NCBI GenBank assembly: GCA_963662285.2
Contig: CAXXMV010000006.1
Coordinates: 448,001 to 512,000 of the forward strand
From: a bacterium
GTDB lineage: Bacteria; Hinthialibacterota; Hinthialibacteria; Hinthialibacterales; Hinthialibacteraceae
DNA length: 64,000 nt
Reading direction: 5' to 3'
Shown here: positions 1 through 10,791 of the stretch, one piece after another
Layout: every line of letters begins with the position of its first letter
Position numbering within the stretch: position 1 is the stretch's first letter
Made by a program: the position numbers and the translations under genes
Notes under the pieces: generated by a model
What the model saw: only the letters and a program-made list of their open reading frames with translations
The model's database searches: none
What the model was told of the DNA's origin: nothing

Positions 1-593
1 ATGCGTTTACTCTTATAGAACTGCTGATTGTAGTTGCGATTATCGGTATTCTGGCCGCTATTGCTGTTCCCAACTTCCTCAATGCTCAGGTAAGAGCTAA
101 AGTATCCCGCACCAAAGCCGACTTACGGATGCTTGATAACCAGTCGGCCATCCGTCAAATGGATTGCGGACTATGGCTGATTGATGGGAATGACTGTGAC
201 GGGAAAATAAATTCCAAGTGCTGTTTCGTTGATGGGTCGAGAATGTTCGGCAAGAAACCCAGTGAAGTGGGGATAGCCAATCCGTCTTTGGGGGATAACC
301 ACTTCGACGGGCGGATATGGGCTTTGCTGACCACTCCCGTCAGTTATATTTCCTCAATTCCACACGATCCATTCACCAAAGGATTGTTCTACGGGTATGA
401 GGATAAGGAGTGCTCGAATACTACTGGTACTCATTATTTCATGTTCGCCTCAGGTCCCGATGGCGCCCATGGCAACTGGGGTATGCCCTATAATTCCAGC
501 AATGGCGTCTCATCAATCGGCGATATCTGGCGCTCCCGTAAACTGCGTGAAGGCGCTTACGATTGGATAGGCAAAGGTGATTCCTGGGAATAA
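1..593 (+). CDS. Prepilin-type N-terminal cleavage/methylation domain protein (T2SS pseudopilin G-like), 5' end cut by window edge
   Basis: Frame 3 is open from position 3 and reads AFTLIELLIVVAIIGILAAIAVPNFLNAQVRAKVSRTKADLRM into the listed 129..593 ORF. Class III signal motif, plus LTTPVSYISSIPHDPF, SGPDG and YNSSNGVSSIGDI shared with the 18484..19170 paralog. Confidence 0.9.
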   Translation, partial: AFTLIELLIVVAIIGILAAIAVPNFLNAQVRAKVSRTKADLRMLDNQSAIRQMDCGLWLIDGNDCDGKINSKCCFVDGSRMFGKKPSEVGIANPSLGDNHFDGRIWALLTTPVSYISSIPHDPFTKGLFYGYEDKECSNTTGTHYFMFASGPDGAHGNWGMPYNSSNGVSSIGDIWRSRKLREGAYDWIGKGDSWE

Positions 594-615
594 TGCATTT
601 CCTGGAGAACAATAA

Positions 616-2067
616 ATGACTCAGGCGATTACACGGAACCGGTCTTTTGTTCTGGTTCTTATGGTATTCGGAACTCTCATGTCACTGGGTTGGGCGATCA
701 ACGGCATGATTGGCAATGCACCCGGCTCGGCCATTCCCGGCGCCTTCGCCGCGTTGGCGGCGGTAGTTATTATCCGACCGCTGAGTAGTGAATCTAAAGG
801 GCTACGGCTGACGCGGATTGCGGCTTTTGGAGCCATGGGTTATTGGTTCGGGGGTGAGATGACCTATGGTCAGACATTCAGTCTGATGAATCCCAGTACC
901 GCTGATGGCGCTTATTATTGGTGGGCGTTATTAGGAGTGGCGGTTAAAGGCGGCGCCTGGAGCGGTGTGGGTGCGGCGTTTATCGGATTGGGTCTGATGG
1001 CCCGGCGATACCGCTGGTATGAAATAGCGCTGCTGGTTCTTGCCATGACGGGCGCTTCGATAGCCGGGCAATGGTTTTTTAATACTCCCAATGCAATTTC
1101 CGGTGTTTTACCTTTGATCAGGTTTTCCTTCGATCCGGCCAATCCCGGTAATCCCGGTCGTACGGAATGCTGGGGCGCTTTATGGAGCGGACTGATTGTT
1201 CTACTGGTTTACGTCCGCTGGTTCAAGAAAGATCGCGTCACATTGCGTTTCGGATTATGCGGCGTCCTGGGCGGCGCCTTGGGATTCGCACTCGGTCAGG
1301 TGTTTCAAGCTTATACATGGTGGCATCCCGCCATCGCGCTTAGACCTTGGATCGATTGGTGGAAAGTCATGGAGTTAACTCATGGCTTTGTGATCGGACT
1401 CTTCCTCGCCTATGCGTCGCTAACCACGCACCGCAGCGAATTGGTTGAGGGCGAACCGGGAAGTAAACCTTTATCGCAGACGGTAGAATGGATCGTCATA
1501 ATCATCTGGTTGACGCTTCTAATTGAGTATTTTGCGCGTAACGAATTTTCTGATTTACTGGCAGCCTTTCCCTTTGTAGTTGGCATCCCTCTCTTCGCTG
1601 CGCTGCTCTCTGCGCGTTGGCTGCCCTGGATTATCGTGGGCGTCCAGGTTCCCCTCGCCACTGGATTAATCTCAGCCAATGAGTGTATGCGCACCTTTCC
1701 CTACGACAACGGCTACAAAACGCCCGAAGGCGTTATGATCAGTCTCTTATCGGTATTGAGTTACGCCTGGCCTATGATTCTTCTGGGAGTAATAATGTGC
1801 GCCATCCCCATCTATATATACTTGTACCGCAAGTCTGATTCGGCCAAGAGTGCAATGTTTATCTTTCATTGCTTCATCGGATATCATGTGATTGCGGTTC
1901 TAATCCAATTTGTTTGGGCCACGCTGCATTTCGCGCCGTCATGGAATATCAACGACCTGTTCTTGTTCTCCCGTCCTTATATCACGCTATCCGTGGTTTA
2001 TATCTTTTTCTGGATAGTTATCATTATCGGTTTTTCCAAAAACAAATTGTTTTCTGAGAATGTATAA
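616..2067 (+). CDS. Polytopic integral membrane protein, unknown function
   Basis: 483 aa with many hydrophobic Gly/Trp-rich helices; GGAG RBS at about 604; follows the prepilin-like gene by 22 bp. Confidence 0.75.
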   Translation: MTQAITRNRSFVLVLMVFGTLMSLGWAINGMIGNAPGSAIPGAFAALAAVVIIRPLSSESKGLRLTRIAAFGAMGYWFGGEMTYGQTFSLMNPSTADGAYYWWALLGVAVKGGAWSGVGAAFIGLGLMARRYRWYEIALLVLAMTGASIAGQWFFNTPNAISGVLPLIRFSFDPANPGNPGRTECWGALWSGLIVLLVYVRWFKKDRVTLRFGLCGVLGGALGFALGQVFQAYTWWHPAIALRPWIDWWKVMELTHGFVIGLFLAYASLTTHRSELVEGEPGSKPLSQTVEWIVIIIWLTLLIEYFARNEFSDLLAAFPFVVGIPLFAALLSARWLPWIIVGVQVPLATGLISANECMRTFPYDNGYKTPEGVMISLLSVLSYAWPMILLGVIMCAIPIYIYLYRKSDSAKSAMFIFHCFIGYHVIAVLIQFVWATLHFAPSWNINDLFLFSRPYITLSVVYIFFWIVIIIGFSKNKLFSENV

Positions 2068-2076
2068 AACTATCAG

Positions 2077-4417
2077 TTATTGGAGTTTTGGCATCGGGAT
2101 AACGCTACCGTTTCTTTGCGCGACTTGTTCTGTTGAAGAGAAACTGCCATAGAAGGATGAGTTGCCATCCAGCCACAGATAAATTATTCTCAATTCTTCA
2201 TCACTCAAATTGACTTTATTCTCTTGAATATGACCGGATAAGATTTGCGGCAATGCGCTGACATCAGCAGGCATATTACCCGGACGGGTCAAAAGAGGCT
2301 CAATCGTATTACCCCCCCCATTCATACCATTTGACGAATGGTTTGATGCTTTCGTATGAGAGCGAAAATTCGTTGAGAGGATCGCTCCTTAAATCGAGGT
2401 GATTTTGTTTATCCGTTTTTGATCCATTATGACAACCGATGCAATGCTGATTGAGAATGGGTTGGATAAGACGGGTATAACTCCAGGGCAGGGAACCGTC
2501 CGGTCCTGGTTTGAGGATTGATGGTTCTCGTAGCATAGCAATGGGGCGTTGCGATGGAGACGTTATGGTTCCAACCGACTCATGACAGCCAACGCATCCC
2601 CGGCGTTCACCCGGCTGGAGGTAAGTGATGCTGCGCATACCCTGAACGGCGCGTCCTGCTTTATCCACTGCTTGAAACATGAGGGGTTTCCGTGCTGGAG
2701 CGCGAAAATATGCTGAACCATCTTTTTCCACAGGAATCGTACCGAGCAGCATGCGGGCGGATTCGGCGTTGGCATATCCCAGGCGGGGTTTATTGGCAAT
2801 GTGAGTTTCGCTTTTGGGAATGACTTGAAAGACGCGCAACTCTCGAATAGGTCTTGATGATGGCAAAGGAAAATGGCTCTTGTTTATATCCGTCAGAAAG
2901 AACTCGCCTTCCTCAACCATATTGGAGTCGAGAGCACTGGGTATAACTGATGGTCTTTCACGCTTACGCAAAGGAATGGGATACATTGATGAAATGCCTT
3001 CTTCGCGATAGAGCAGTTCAAGATTGCCAAATCGATCAAAAAGATAAATTCCGGTCTCTGTATCACGGGTGACATTTGGACCCATCCCTGGCAGGGGATC
3101 ATGGCTGTAAGAGACCAGGAAATAATTTTCTGAAAGAGGCCAGGGGCTGTGAAAATAGGCGTCAGGCCATCCCGGCGCTTCCGGGAAACAGATTTCAGGG
3201 GTCAGGGATTCTATAGAATTAAAATCATCTTGTCCCGTTTTGGCGTCAAGACCTGTTTTATTTGGGTCTAGAATGACCAGCGATCCACCAACGCTGGCAT
3301 GATGCGCTCCTGCCAGAAACATGATTTTATCAGAACCGGGAATGGCGCGGGGTTGATAACACGCATTGATGCGCTGGGTGAAATTCCCGAAAAGCGCATG
3401 TGAATTGCTGCCATCGGGTTTCGTAACCCACAAACCGTGAAAATGAGCTGCGGAACGATCCACATAATCCCATCGGGTATAAATGATCCCTCCATCGTTG
3501 AGCACGCTTGGGTGCCATTCATTGGTTTCGTGGAAAGAGAGTAATTTTATGTTGCTCCCATCGGGATTCATCCGGTGAAGATTATACGACAAAAGCGGTT
3601 CCCACTCGCCGCTGCAGCGAATGAAGCCTCCCCGGCGGGTTGACATGAATGCGATATCTCTATTTGGCAGTTCACATGGATCAAAATAATCGTTCAAGCC
3701 CGAAGTTAATTGATGTAAATTGGTGCCATCAATATCCATAGAGTAAAGTTGGAAACAGCTCCGGTCTGGTGAGTAAAAGTTGGTTTTTCTCTCGTTGCGT
3801 TGGGCAAAGGCAAAGTAAATCTTTCTTGCGTCATAAGTGAGCGACAAGGTGGTAAAGTTACCGCGTGGGAAACGGGCGTCTGTGAGGCTTGTGGTTTTGA
3901 AGGATTTCCCCGGCTCTTCGAGAATGTGAATTCCTCCTCCAGCAATGTCGCCATAGTCATAATAGTATCCCATATATTCGTGAAGCATTTGGCAAATAAA
4001 TCGTCGGCGCTTCATAAAAACGATTCGTTCTGATCCCAACAGAGGATTCTTTAAAGCAGCCGAACGAGATAGCCACCGGATGCTGTAATATAATTCAAGT
4101 CTTTCCTCTTCATTGAAGCCCTCCATGCCTTCGAGTTTTTCCCGAAGACTTTGAAGAATTTCCAAATCACTGGAGGTATTCATCACCATCGGTTCCGTCA
4201 TTTTTGATAAATCATTCAGCAAAATATCGCATCTTTGAAATGCATCCTTGATAGCATTGGGATCGCTTGGCTGTCTGTTTCTCTCAAGTTCCTGCTTACG
4301 CCAGTCTTGTTGAATCGTATCGCAATACAGATCGTTATGTTCTATGGATGCGTGAGTTAGGGAGGATAGAGAGATAAGAATAATAAGAGGAAGAAAATTG
4401 AATATTAGTTGAACCAT
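2077..4417 (-). pseudogene. HzsA-related (hydrazine synthase alpha middle-domain-like) secreted beta-propeller protein with two CxxCH motifs, split by a frameshift in a G8 run
   Basis: The 702-aa ORF (signal peptide, TolB-like repeats, YTRWDYVDR, CVGCH, CIGCH) stops at WYEWGG*. The overlapping 82-aa ORF continues GGNTIEPLLTRPG...WLDGN. Removing one G from the run at 2312-2319 joins them. Confidence 0.75.
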
Positions 4418-4451
4418 GGTTTATATGTAATTTCTCCAAGATATTTTAGTC

Positions 4452-4563
4452 TAGAGTGTTCTCAAAATAAATACGCCCTGAAAACGTTGGATTTGTTACA
4501 AGTTCCGTCTTTTGGGGACTTTTAACAACCACATAGACGCACGCTATTTTGAGAATCGCTCTA
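4452..4563. mobile_element. MITE-like element, subfamily A (112 bp)
   Basis: Terminal inverted repeats TAGAGTGTTCTCAAAATA / TATTTTGAGAATCGCTCTA; interior clearly alignable to 56326..56439. Confidence 0.75.
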
Positions 4564-4641
4564 ATCTACAATATTTCTATAAATATTACTACTTGCCATC
4601 TTGCAAAATAATTAACTTACGTCGAGGAAATAGCGTTTCTG

Positions 4642-4754
4642 TGAAGCGATTTTCTAAATTATGTTCGATTATTATTGCGTTTGTTTATCGAAAAAGCGAC
4701 CTTTTCCGGTTTTTGCTAATCGCGAATTACAGCGTTATTCTGAAAACCACTCTA
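4642..4754. mobile_element. MITE-like element, subfamily B (degenerate left end)
   Basis: AGCGATTTTCTAAATTATGTT...CGAAAAAGC...TGAAAACCACTCTA, alignable to 58190..58276. Confidence 0.6.
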
Positions 4755-4946
4755 ACTGCCTGATAAATCATGAAAAATTAGCTGATTTCGGGATATTTAA
4801 AAAAGTTAAAAAAGGAGTTGTAATTGTATCGATTATATATTATAAAGGTATTAAATTAATATTGTTTGTTATTTGTGAAAAAGCGTTGATCTTGAACAAA
4901 TTTTTTTTGTTCAAGAATAAAATACTCAGAGAAAGAGAGGAAAAGA

Positions 4947-6494
4947 ATGTTTAGCAAATCGATTGTATTTAGAACCTGCTTTGTATATCTACCACTTTTC
5001 GCTGTATGTATTTGTTCAAATAGTGTGACTTATGCACAGGAAAGAACAGAGATTACTGCCTATATTCCGCATATCCCGGATATAGCTCCTCCTGTCATAG
5101 ATGGCTACCTGGATGATGAGGCCTGGATTTATGCGACCCAGGGAAATGCTACAGCCAATGCATCAGATTGGTATGTCCGGATCAATCCGGATTTCGATGT
5201 CGATGATCCGGTTCAGACAGGAGCGATAGCTGGTCAGAATAATGGAGATCGACCAGAAGATGATGCAGATGCTTCTTTCCGCGTATGGACATTGTATGAC
5301 GATGAATATCTCTATGTCGCAGTGGCAACGCAGGACTGGGATTACGTCAACCATCTACCTCCAGACAGCGTTAACGAAGCAACATGGTACGAAGATTCCG
5401 TGGAAATCTTTGTGGATGGTGATTTCAGCCGGACTCCGGGAAGTGTAAACAGCCTTCCTGATCCATCTGCAGAATATGCGACAGGCGGACAGTTCGTCAT
5501 AACTTCCGCTGGAGCGATTCGCCACGCAGAAGCAGGAAATCCCGTTTTTGGTGATACGCCGGAAGCGGATTGGTTCGCATCCGTGTTTGATAATGACAAC
5601 GCTGACGGATCGAATTATGAATTCCGCATAAAACTTTCAAAAATCGGAAATCCTGTTTTTGGTAGTAAAATCGGATTTAATGTCGCAATGAATGACGCCG
5701 ACGATTCCGGTTCTTCCAGCGCCGATTATCAAATTCTCTGGACCGGTGCAAGTCATCAAGAAGATACCTATGGGGCGCTCGAATTCGGTAGACGTTCCAT
5801 TACTGCTCCATTGATAACAGACGCAGTTGTAATCGACGGTAAAATGGACGAGTCGATCTGGTCCAGCGCTGCAACTGGTAAGGGTGGTATGCCTTATGGA
5901 CCATATACTGGCAGCACAGTGCCCAAAGACCTGGCCGATCTATCTTTCGACTTTTGGGTCATGCATGATGCGGACTATCTCTATGTCGCCTTTGATGTAA
6001 AAGACGAAGAGGTATTCGCGGACAGCACCGATCCGGAATCAGGAAACGGTAGCACATGGTATGATGACTCGGTGGAAATATTTATCGATGGAAATCACAC
6101 TCATACTTCTGGGCGAACCGGGCAGACCGGATTCCATTTTGGCGGCCAGCTCGTAATTACCACCAACCAATCCTGGCGGGATAACGAAGCCTCCGAAGTT
6201 GAGGTAGTCTTCTATGGTCCTGAAGATGATCGTGATTGGTATGCTCTGACATCATTGACCGATACTGGTTATATTGCCGAATATCGCGTCAAGAAGAGTT
6301 CCCTGTTCGATGATCCAGCCAGGGATGTGATCGGTTTCGACATCTGCGTCAATGAAGACGATTCGGATCCGCCCAACGAAAAGGATGCGGGTCAACAGAT
6401 TACCTGGAATGGTCATTGTCATAATGAAGCGTCTTATGGCGATCTGATTCTAGGCGGCCCTGCCACCAATGTGCTGGATTGGGAAGTATATTAA
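4947..6494 (+). CDS. Secreted protein with two tandem CBM9-like (DOMON-type) sugar-binding domains and a V-x-D-W-x-x-Y tail
   Basis: Signal peptide; the block IDG.LD..W / D..YLYVA / WY.DSVEIF.DG / IGF...ND.D occurs twice; very acidic; ends TNVLDWEVY. Confidence 0.85.
   Translation: MFSKSIVFRTCFVYLPLFAVCICSNSVTYAQERTEITAYIPHIPDIAPPVIDGYLDDEAWIYATQGNATANASDWYVRINPDFDVDDPVQTGAIAGQNNGDRPEDDADASFRVWTLYDDEYLYVAVATQDWDYVNHLPPDSVNEATWYEDSVEIFVDGDFSRTPGSVNSLPDPSAEYATGGQFVITSAGAIRHAEAGNPVFGDTPEADWFASVFDNDNADGSNYEFRIKLSKIGNPVFGSKIGFNVAMNDADDSGSSSADYQILWTGASHQEDTYGALEFGRRSITAPLITDAVVIDGKMDESIWSSAATGKGGMPYGPYTGSTVPKDLADLSFDFWVMHDADYLYVAFDVKDEEVFADSTDPESGNGSTWYDDSVEIFIDGNHTHTSGRTGQTGFHFGGQLVITTNQSWRDNEASEVEVVFYGPEDDRDWYALTSLTDTGYIAEYRVKKSSLFDDPARDVIGFDICVNEDDSDPPNEKDAGQQITWNGHCHNEASYGDLILGGPATNVLDWEVY
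6471..6494 (+). other. Putative C-terminal sorting motif VLDWEVY*
   Basis: Last 7 codons of the gene; same pattern ends three other secreted proteins in the window. Confidence 0.7.
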
Positions 6495-6527
6495 CGAGTT
6501 ATGGAATCGTTAATCCATTGAATTACG

Positions 6528-6564
6528 AAGGGCTGGATGAACGCTTGTCCAGCCCTTTTTCTTT
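6528..6564 (+). terminator. Intrinsic terminator
   Basis: AAGGGCTGGA / TCCAGCCCTT stem followed by a T-tract. Confidence 0.75.
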
Positions 6565-6615
6565 ATAAGTGTTATATTCATTAAAAAATTGCAAAATCAT
6601 CATGAGAATCGTAAT

Positions 6616-9441
6616 ATGAAAAAAACCTGGATTATAGTTATCTTGCTCTTTGCTCTGTTTATCACAATAGGAGTGACATGGTTAAATTCCCCTGAAGACT
6701 ATTCAAGAGTGATAGATGAAGCAGGATTAGCGGAAGAGGGATTAGTTGAAGAAGATATCCCTGATGACTTATCTTTAGATGTTGCGGGAATGGAACAATT
6801 ACGCGCTTTGGGTTATGCGGGTGGAACGCATGAAAAACCAGCCCCCCGGCAGGCGATTAGCGTGTTTACTCCCAATACGGGTGATACAGTAATCCCTATA
6901 TCATTTCATCTCAGTGAAAAATCAGTCACGAATCTTTTAACTAATCAAGCTAATCTTCAGCAAGTTGAAATTGCCAGTCAAACACGAATGTCATTGAACG
7001 TTCTGCCTGGAACTGCTGTTTCTTTTCAAGGTCTTGTCAATGAAAAATGTAAATTACTCTTTGGAGCTGGGCAGGTATACGCCAAAATAAAACCCAATTC
7101 CCTTGTTCTCCAGCTGGATATTTTTGACTCCAAGGCCAATCTGCTGCAACAGGAAATCGTATCATCAATCGCGGGAGATTGGGTGGACCGGGTGATTGAT
7201 CTTAACCGTTATTCCGGTGAAACGATTCGGCTGGTATTTTCCGTCCTTTCATTCGATCCCTCCCAGGATCAAAATCCGGTCTCTATCAGCCCTCTGTTAG
7301 TAACCCATCCTGTATCCAATGAATCCAGGCATCCTCATGTGTTTTTTGTCCTGATCGATACGCTGAGATCGGATGCGTTGGGTTGCTATGGTCAGGCAGC
7401 GCCAGTGACTCCCCACCTCGATAAATTGGCGGAAGGAGGAATTCTGGCCGAAAACATGATCGTTCAATCTCCACATACCGAAACATCCATTCCAACAATC
7501 CTTCTAGGCGTTTATCCGCATATTCATGGTCGGATGCTGCGCGATTCAAAACACAATGCCGCTAATCCGGTCTATTTGAAGAAAAATAAATTAAGTGAAG
7601 AACACACCGTTATCTCTGAGGTGTTTCAAAAGGCGGGCTATTTAACCTATGGTTTTTACAATAATATTCTGATTTCTGCTGCGTTCGGATTTCACCGGGG
7701 ATTTTATAACTACACCGATTACGCAGCTGGTAGCGGGATGACCGACCCCTGGGGACGCATTGCCTTGCCCACCGCCCATCTGGGAGTGGAAGAGGCGGTC
7801 AAACTGATTGAACAGGCGCCGGAAGACATCCCTTTATTTGTATTTCTGCACATTCTCGATCCACACAATCCTTACACTCCGCCTGATAAATATAATTTGA
7901 GTATTAAACGAAAGGCTAAAAATATCGATGAAGCTGCCTATCTTGGCGAAGTCGCTTATGTTGATGAACAGGTTGGTAAACTCACTAACGCCTTAAAACG
8001 ATTGGGGCTTTATAAGAATAGCATTGTTGTGGTAACCAGTGATCATGGAGAGGAATTCGTGAATCCGCATGGGCGTCCCATCGGACATGGCCGCACCATG
8101 TTCCAGACCTTGTTGCACGTTCCATTTATATGCAGCTACCCGGAAATGGAATTACCCGGATATCGAATAAAGTCCATCGTGGAATCTGTCGATGTATTTC
8201 CCACAATACTCGATTTAGCGGGACTTAGTCTGGATCAGAAACTATCGGGGGAAAGTTTTGTTCCTTTAATGAAAAATATAGAGGCGACTTTGGATAAAAA
8301 AGAAGCCATCGCCGAAGGAATCCGTAAAGGCGAAGAGCGTAAGTGCCTAATTATAGATCAGTATAAACTCATTTATTATCGGGATTCAGACCGCACGGTT
8401 TTATACAATCTGCAAAACGATCCAAACGAATTGGAAGATATCACAGACCAAAACCAGGCGTTAGTTGCCACGATGAAAAAACGCATCCTCGAACGGTTCC
8501 AGATCGAGGAACCGGTTATTCATCCTCTGGAAGTCGTTTCTCTTGGGCAGGATGGAATGGATTTGGTCCATACATTCACATCAGGTTCCTCCTGGTGGCA
8601 GCCCGGTATATCCGACATCCATTTGAACGTTAAACCGTTTTCTGATGAGATTCAAAGGATTGATATCTGGGCTGACGACCGTCTGCATGGCAACCGTAAT
8701 TACTCCTTCGGATGGCGATGGCCTCCCATGGGAGAAAATCCGGTCGCTGTTCAATCCAGCAACGATTCTTTAGACTTGTATTTCGAAGCGTCTGAAAGTT
8801 TTCAAGCGTCTGATGTTTTTGTGAGGATAGTGGATAAGCAAGATAAAATCCATCTTGGATCGTTCCAGGGTGGAGATGTTACCGTTGTACCGCAAAAAGT
8901 GAAAAACAACTATCCGGCTTTAGTTTATTGGGATTTCGAGCGAGCCGAACCGTTTGAACGCTGGCGCATCGGTCAAGGGGGAACTTTGAACCGGATAACC
9001 AAAGGCGCCGGAAAAAGCAATACCATAATGCAGTTCGAATCGAATGCCCGTTCCGGTTCTTTTCGGGCTTATAACGTCATCCCCAAAGTTCCTGCGGGAC
9101 GTCGTTTAGCCGTTTCTTTTGAAATGGTCATCGAATCCGGTGGGGTGAAAATTGAACTTATTCATCCCCGGTCCGCCAAAAATATTGCGTCCCATACGTT
9201 TTCTATCGACGATTCGGGAACTCATATTACAAAAATAGCGCCGCAAACCATGAAAATCTGTGGATTAACTGGCGTCAGCGTGGCTCAGGAAGAACTATTG
9301 TTTTTGATATCTAATTATTCAACACAAAGTAAGCCGACCCGTGTTTTGTTTAATGATATTAAAGCCTATCTGTATCCGGTTGAATTAGAAACAGAGTCAC
9401 AATCTTCAATCAGTACCGAATCTCTTGATCATTCCTTGTAG
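6616..9441 (+). CDS. Membrane-anchored sulfatase-like (alkaline phosphatase superfamily) hydrolase/transferase with extra domains
   Basis: N-terminal TM helix; LIDTLRSDALGCYG, QSPHTETS, DPHNPY, TSDHGEEF, GHG, LYNLQNDPNE. ATG at 6616 (MKKTW) preferred over TTG 6589. Confidence 0.8.
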   Translation: MKKTWIIVILLFALFITIGVTWLNSPEDYSRVIDEAGLAEEGLVEEDIPDDLSLDVAGMEQLRALGYAGGTHEKPAPRQAISVFTPNTGDTVIPISFHLSEKSVTNLLTNQANLQQVEIASQTRMSLNVLPGTAVSFQGLVNEKCKLLFGAGQVYAKIKPNSLVLQLDIFDSKANLLQQEIVSSIAGDWVDRVIDLNRYSGETIRLVFSVLSFDPSQDQNPVSISPLLVTHPVSNESRHPHVFFVLIDTLRSDALGCYGQAAPVTPHLDKLAEGGILAENMIVQSPHTETSIPTILLGVYPHIHGRMLRDSKHNAANPVYLKKNKLSEEHTVISEVFQKAGYLTYGFYNNILISAAFGFHRGFYNYTDYAAGSGMTDPWGRIALPTAHLGVEEAVKLIEQAPEDIPLFVFLHILDPHNPYTPPDKYNLSIKRKAKNIDEAAYLGEVAYVDEQVGKLTNALKRLGLYKNSIVVVTSDHGEEFVNPHGRPIGHGRTMFQTLLHVPFICSYPEMELPGYRIKSIVESVDVFPTILDLAGLSLDQKLSGESFVPLMKNIEATLDKKEAIAEGIRKGEERKCLIIDQYKLIYYRDSDRTVLYNLQNDPNELEDITDQNQALVATMKKRILERFQIEEPVIHPLEVVSLGQDGMDLVHTFTSGSSWWQPGISDIHLNVKPFSDEIQRIDIWADDRLHGNRNYSFGWRWPPMGENPVAVQSSNDSLDLYFEASESFQASDVFVRIVDKQDKIHLGSFQGGDVTVVPQKVKNNYPALVYWDFERAEPFERWRIGQGGTLNRITKGAGKSNTIMQFESNARSGSFRAYNVIPKVPAGRRLAVSFEMVIESGGVKIELIHPRSAKNIASHTFSIDDSGTHITKIAPQTMKICGLTGVSVAQEELLFLISNYSTQSKPTRVLFNDIKAYLYPVELETESQSSISTESLDHSL

Positions 9442-9720
9442 ATACGGCGCCCCGCATGTGTAAGTATTTTTGAAAATCACTCTGGACTGTTTTTTCATAA
9501 TAGCCGGAAGGTTCGTATTAGTACGGTCTTAATGTTGTGAAACATTGAATTCTAATAACCATAAGGCTACCTTATCAAGAGAACATTCCGCAATTCACAT
9601 GCTTGTGACACAGTAAGCCAGGTTTTCCGGGAGGGACTGGACGCTATTGCTCTGCATGATGGTTTGATAGCGCCATGGATGTAATTTATATTCATATTTT
9701 CTACCAAAGGATGATTTATA

Positions 9721-10497
9721 ATGAAAACGTTACCCCTGATTATTTCCTTGATTCTCTTATCTAGCCCCTGTTTCGCACAGAGACCACCCCAAGACCCGAT
9801 GTCGCAGACCCGTTACACTCCGGAAAGTATGGGGTACAAACTTTTTTGGGAAGATCAATTCAATGGGGACAAACTGGATAATGAAAAATGGGAGGTCAGA
9901 GGCGTAGGGCCGCGGGCCTTGGGTTTTGTTTCCCCTGAAGCCGTTAAAGTCGAAGACGGATTCCTGAAATTGTCTGCTTTCGTCAAAGATGACAAAATTC
10001 AGATAAGCGCCGTTGGAACTCAAAATCATTTCATGACCAAATACGGCTACTTCGAGTGCAGGGCGCAGCTGCAAAAGTCGCCGGGCGTCTGGGCGGCGTT
10101 TTGGATTCAATCAACCGACATTGCCAAAGGCGAAGATCCTGCAAAATTCGGCGCTGAAATAGATATTATGGAATTCTTCAAAAAACTTGGAACCGACATT
10201 GTTTCGCATAATGTTCATTGGGCCTACGGACCAAATCAGCAGACCACTCATGGTATGCAAAGTTACCTAAAGGGCGTAAGCCAAGGCTTTCATACCTTTG
10301 CCTTGGAGTGGACGCCTGAAAAATATGTCTTCTTTATCGATGGATATAAGTTCTATGAGGTAACCACTGCAATATCTCATATTGAAGAATACATGATCCT
10401 CAGTATGGAACTTCCCTCGAAAAAGGAAGAACTGAAGAATGCCGTATTTCCTGACGTGTTTATTGTTGATTATGTGAAAGTTTACAAAAAGAAATAA
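9721..10497 (+). CDS. Glycoside hydrolase family 16, secreted
   Basis: Signal peptide; LFWEDQFNG, YGYFECRA, WAAFW, catalytic EIDIME, FHTFALEW, VDYVKVY. Confidence 0.9.
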   Translation: MKTLPLIISLILLSSPCFAQRPPQDPMSQTRYTPESMGYKLFWEDQFNGDKLDNEKWEVRGVGPRALGFVSPEAVKVEDGFLKLSAFVKDDKIQISAVGTQNHFMTKYGYFECRAQLQKSPGVWAAFWIQSTDIAKGEDPAKFGAEIDIMEFFKKLGTDIVSHNVHWAYGPNQQTTHGMQSYLKGVSQGFHTFALEWTPEKYVFFIDGYKFYEVTTAISHIEEYMILSMELPSKKEELKNAVFPDVFIVDYVKVYKKK

Positions 10498-10548
10498 GAT
10501 CAATTCCAGGCTAGAGTTCATAGTATTATACATTTATATGCGCTACTT

Positions 10549-10577
10549 AAAAAAAGCCAGTTTAGTCTGGCTTTTTT
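10549..10577. terminator. Bidirectional intrinsic terminator
   Basis: AAAAAAAGCCAG-TTTAGT-CTGGCTTTTTT. Confidence 0.7.
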
Positions 10578-10791
10578 GTCATCATAAATCATCAGAATCT
10601 CTTTTTTCCAATCCAATCCAATCCAATCTGTAAATGCTTCCCACTCTTCATGTTTTCCGTTCTGATTTTCATCAGTACAGGTTTCTTGTCTATTTATGAT
10701 GCAATTGAACAATACATAGGGAATTCCAACATTTCTTAATATCCCACCACGTCGGATTACTCCATCAATTACTGTCTAAGGACATCCACTT

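Noticed and set aside
2309-4417. Hydrazine synthase / anammox capacity
   Set aside because: HzsA-like domains are common in non-anammox bacteria and no hzsB, hzsC or hao genes are adjacent.
4512-4954. ORFs 4512..4763 and 4661..4954
   Set aside because: They run through MITE and AT-rich promoter DNA and have no protein-like features.
9570-9640. SAM-I riboswitch-like words (CTTATCAAGAG ... GAGGGACTGG)
   Set aside because: The words are about 50 nt too far apart, no GCAAC/GTGC core or closing P1 strand follows, and the downstream gene is a GH16; more likely chance or a coding remnant.
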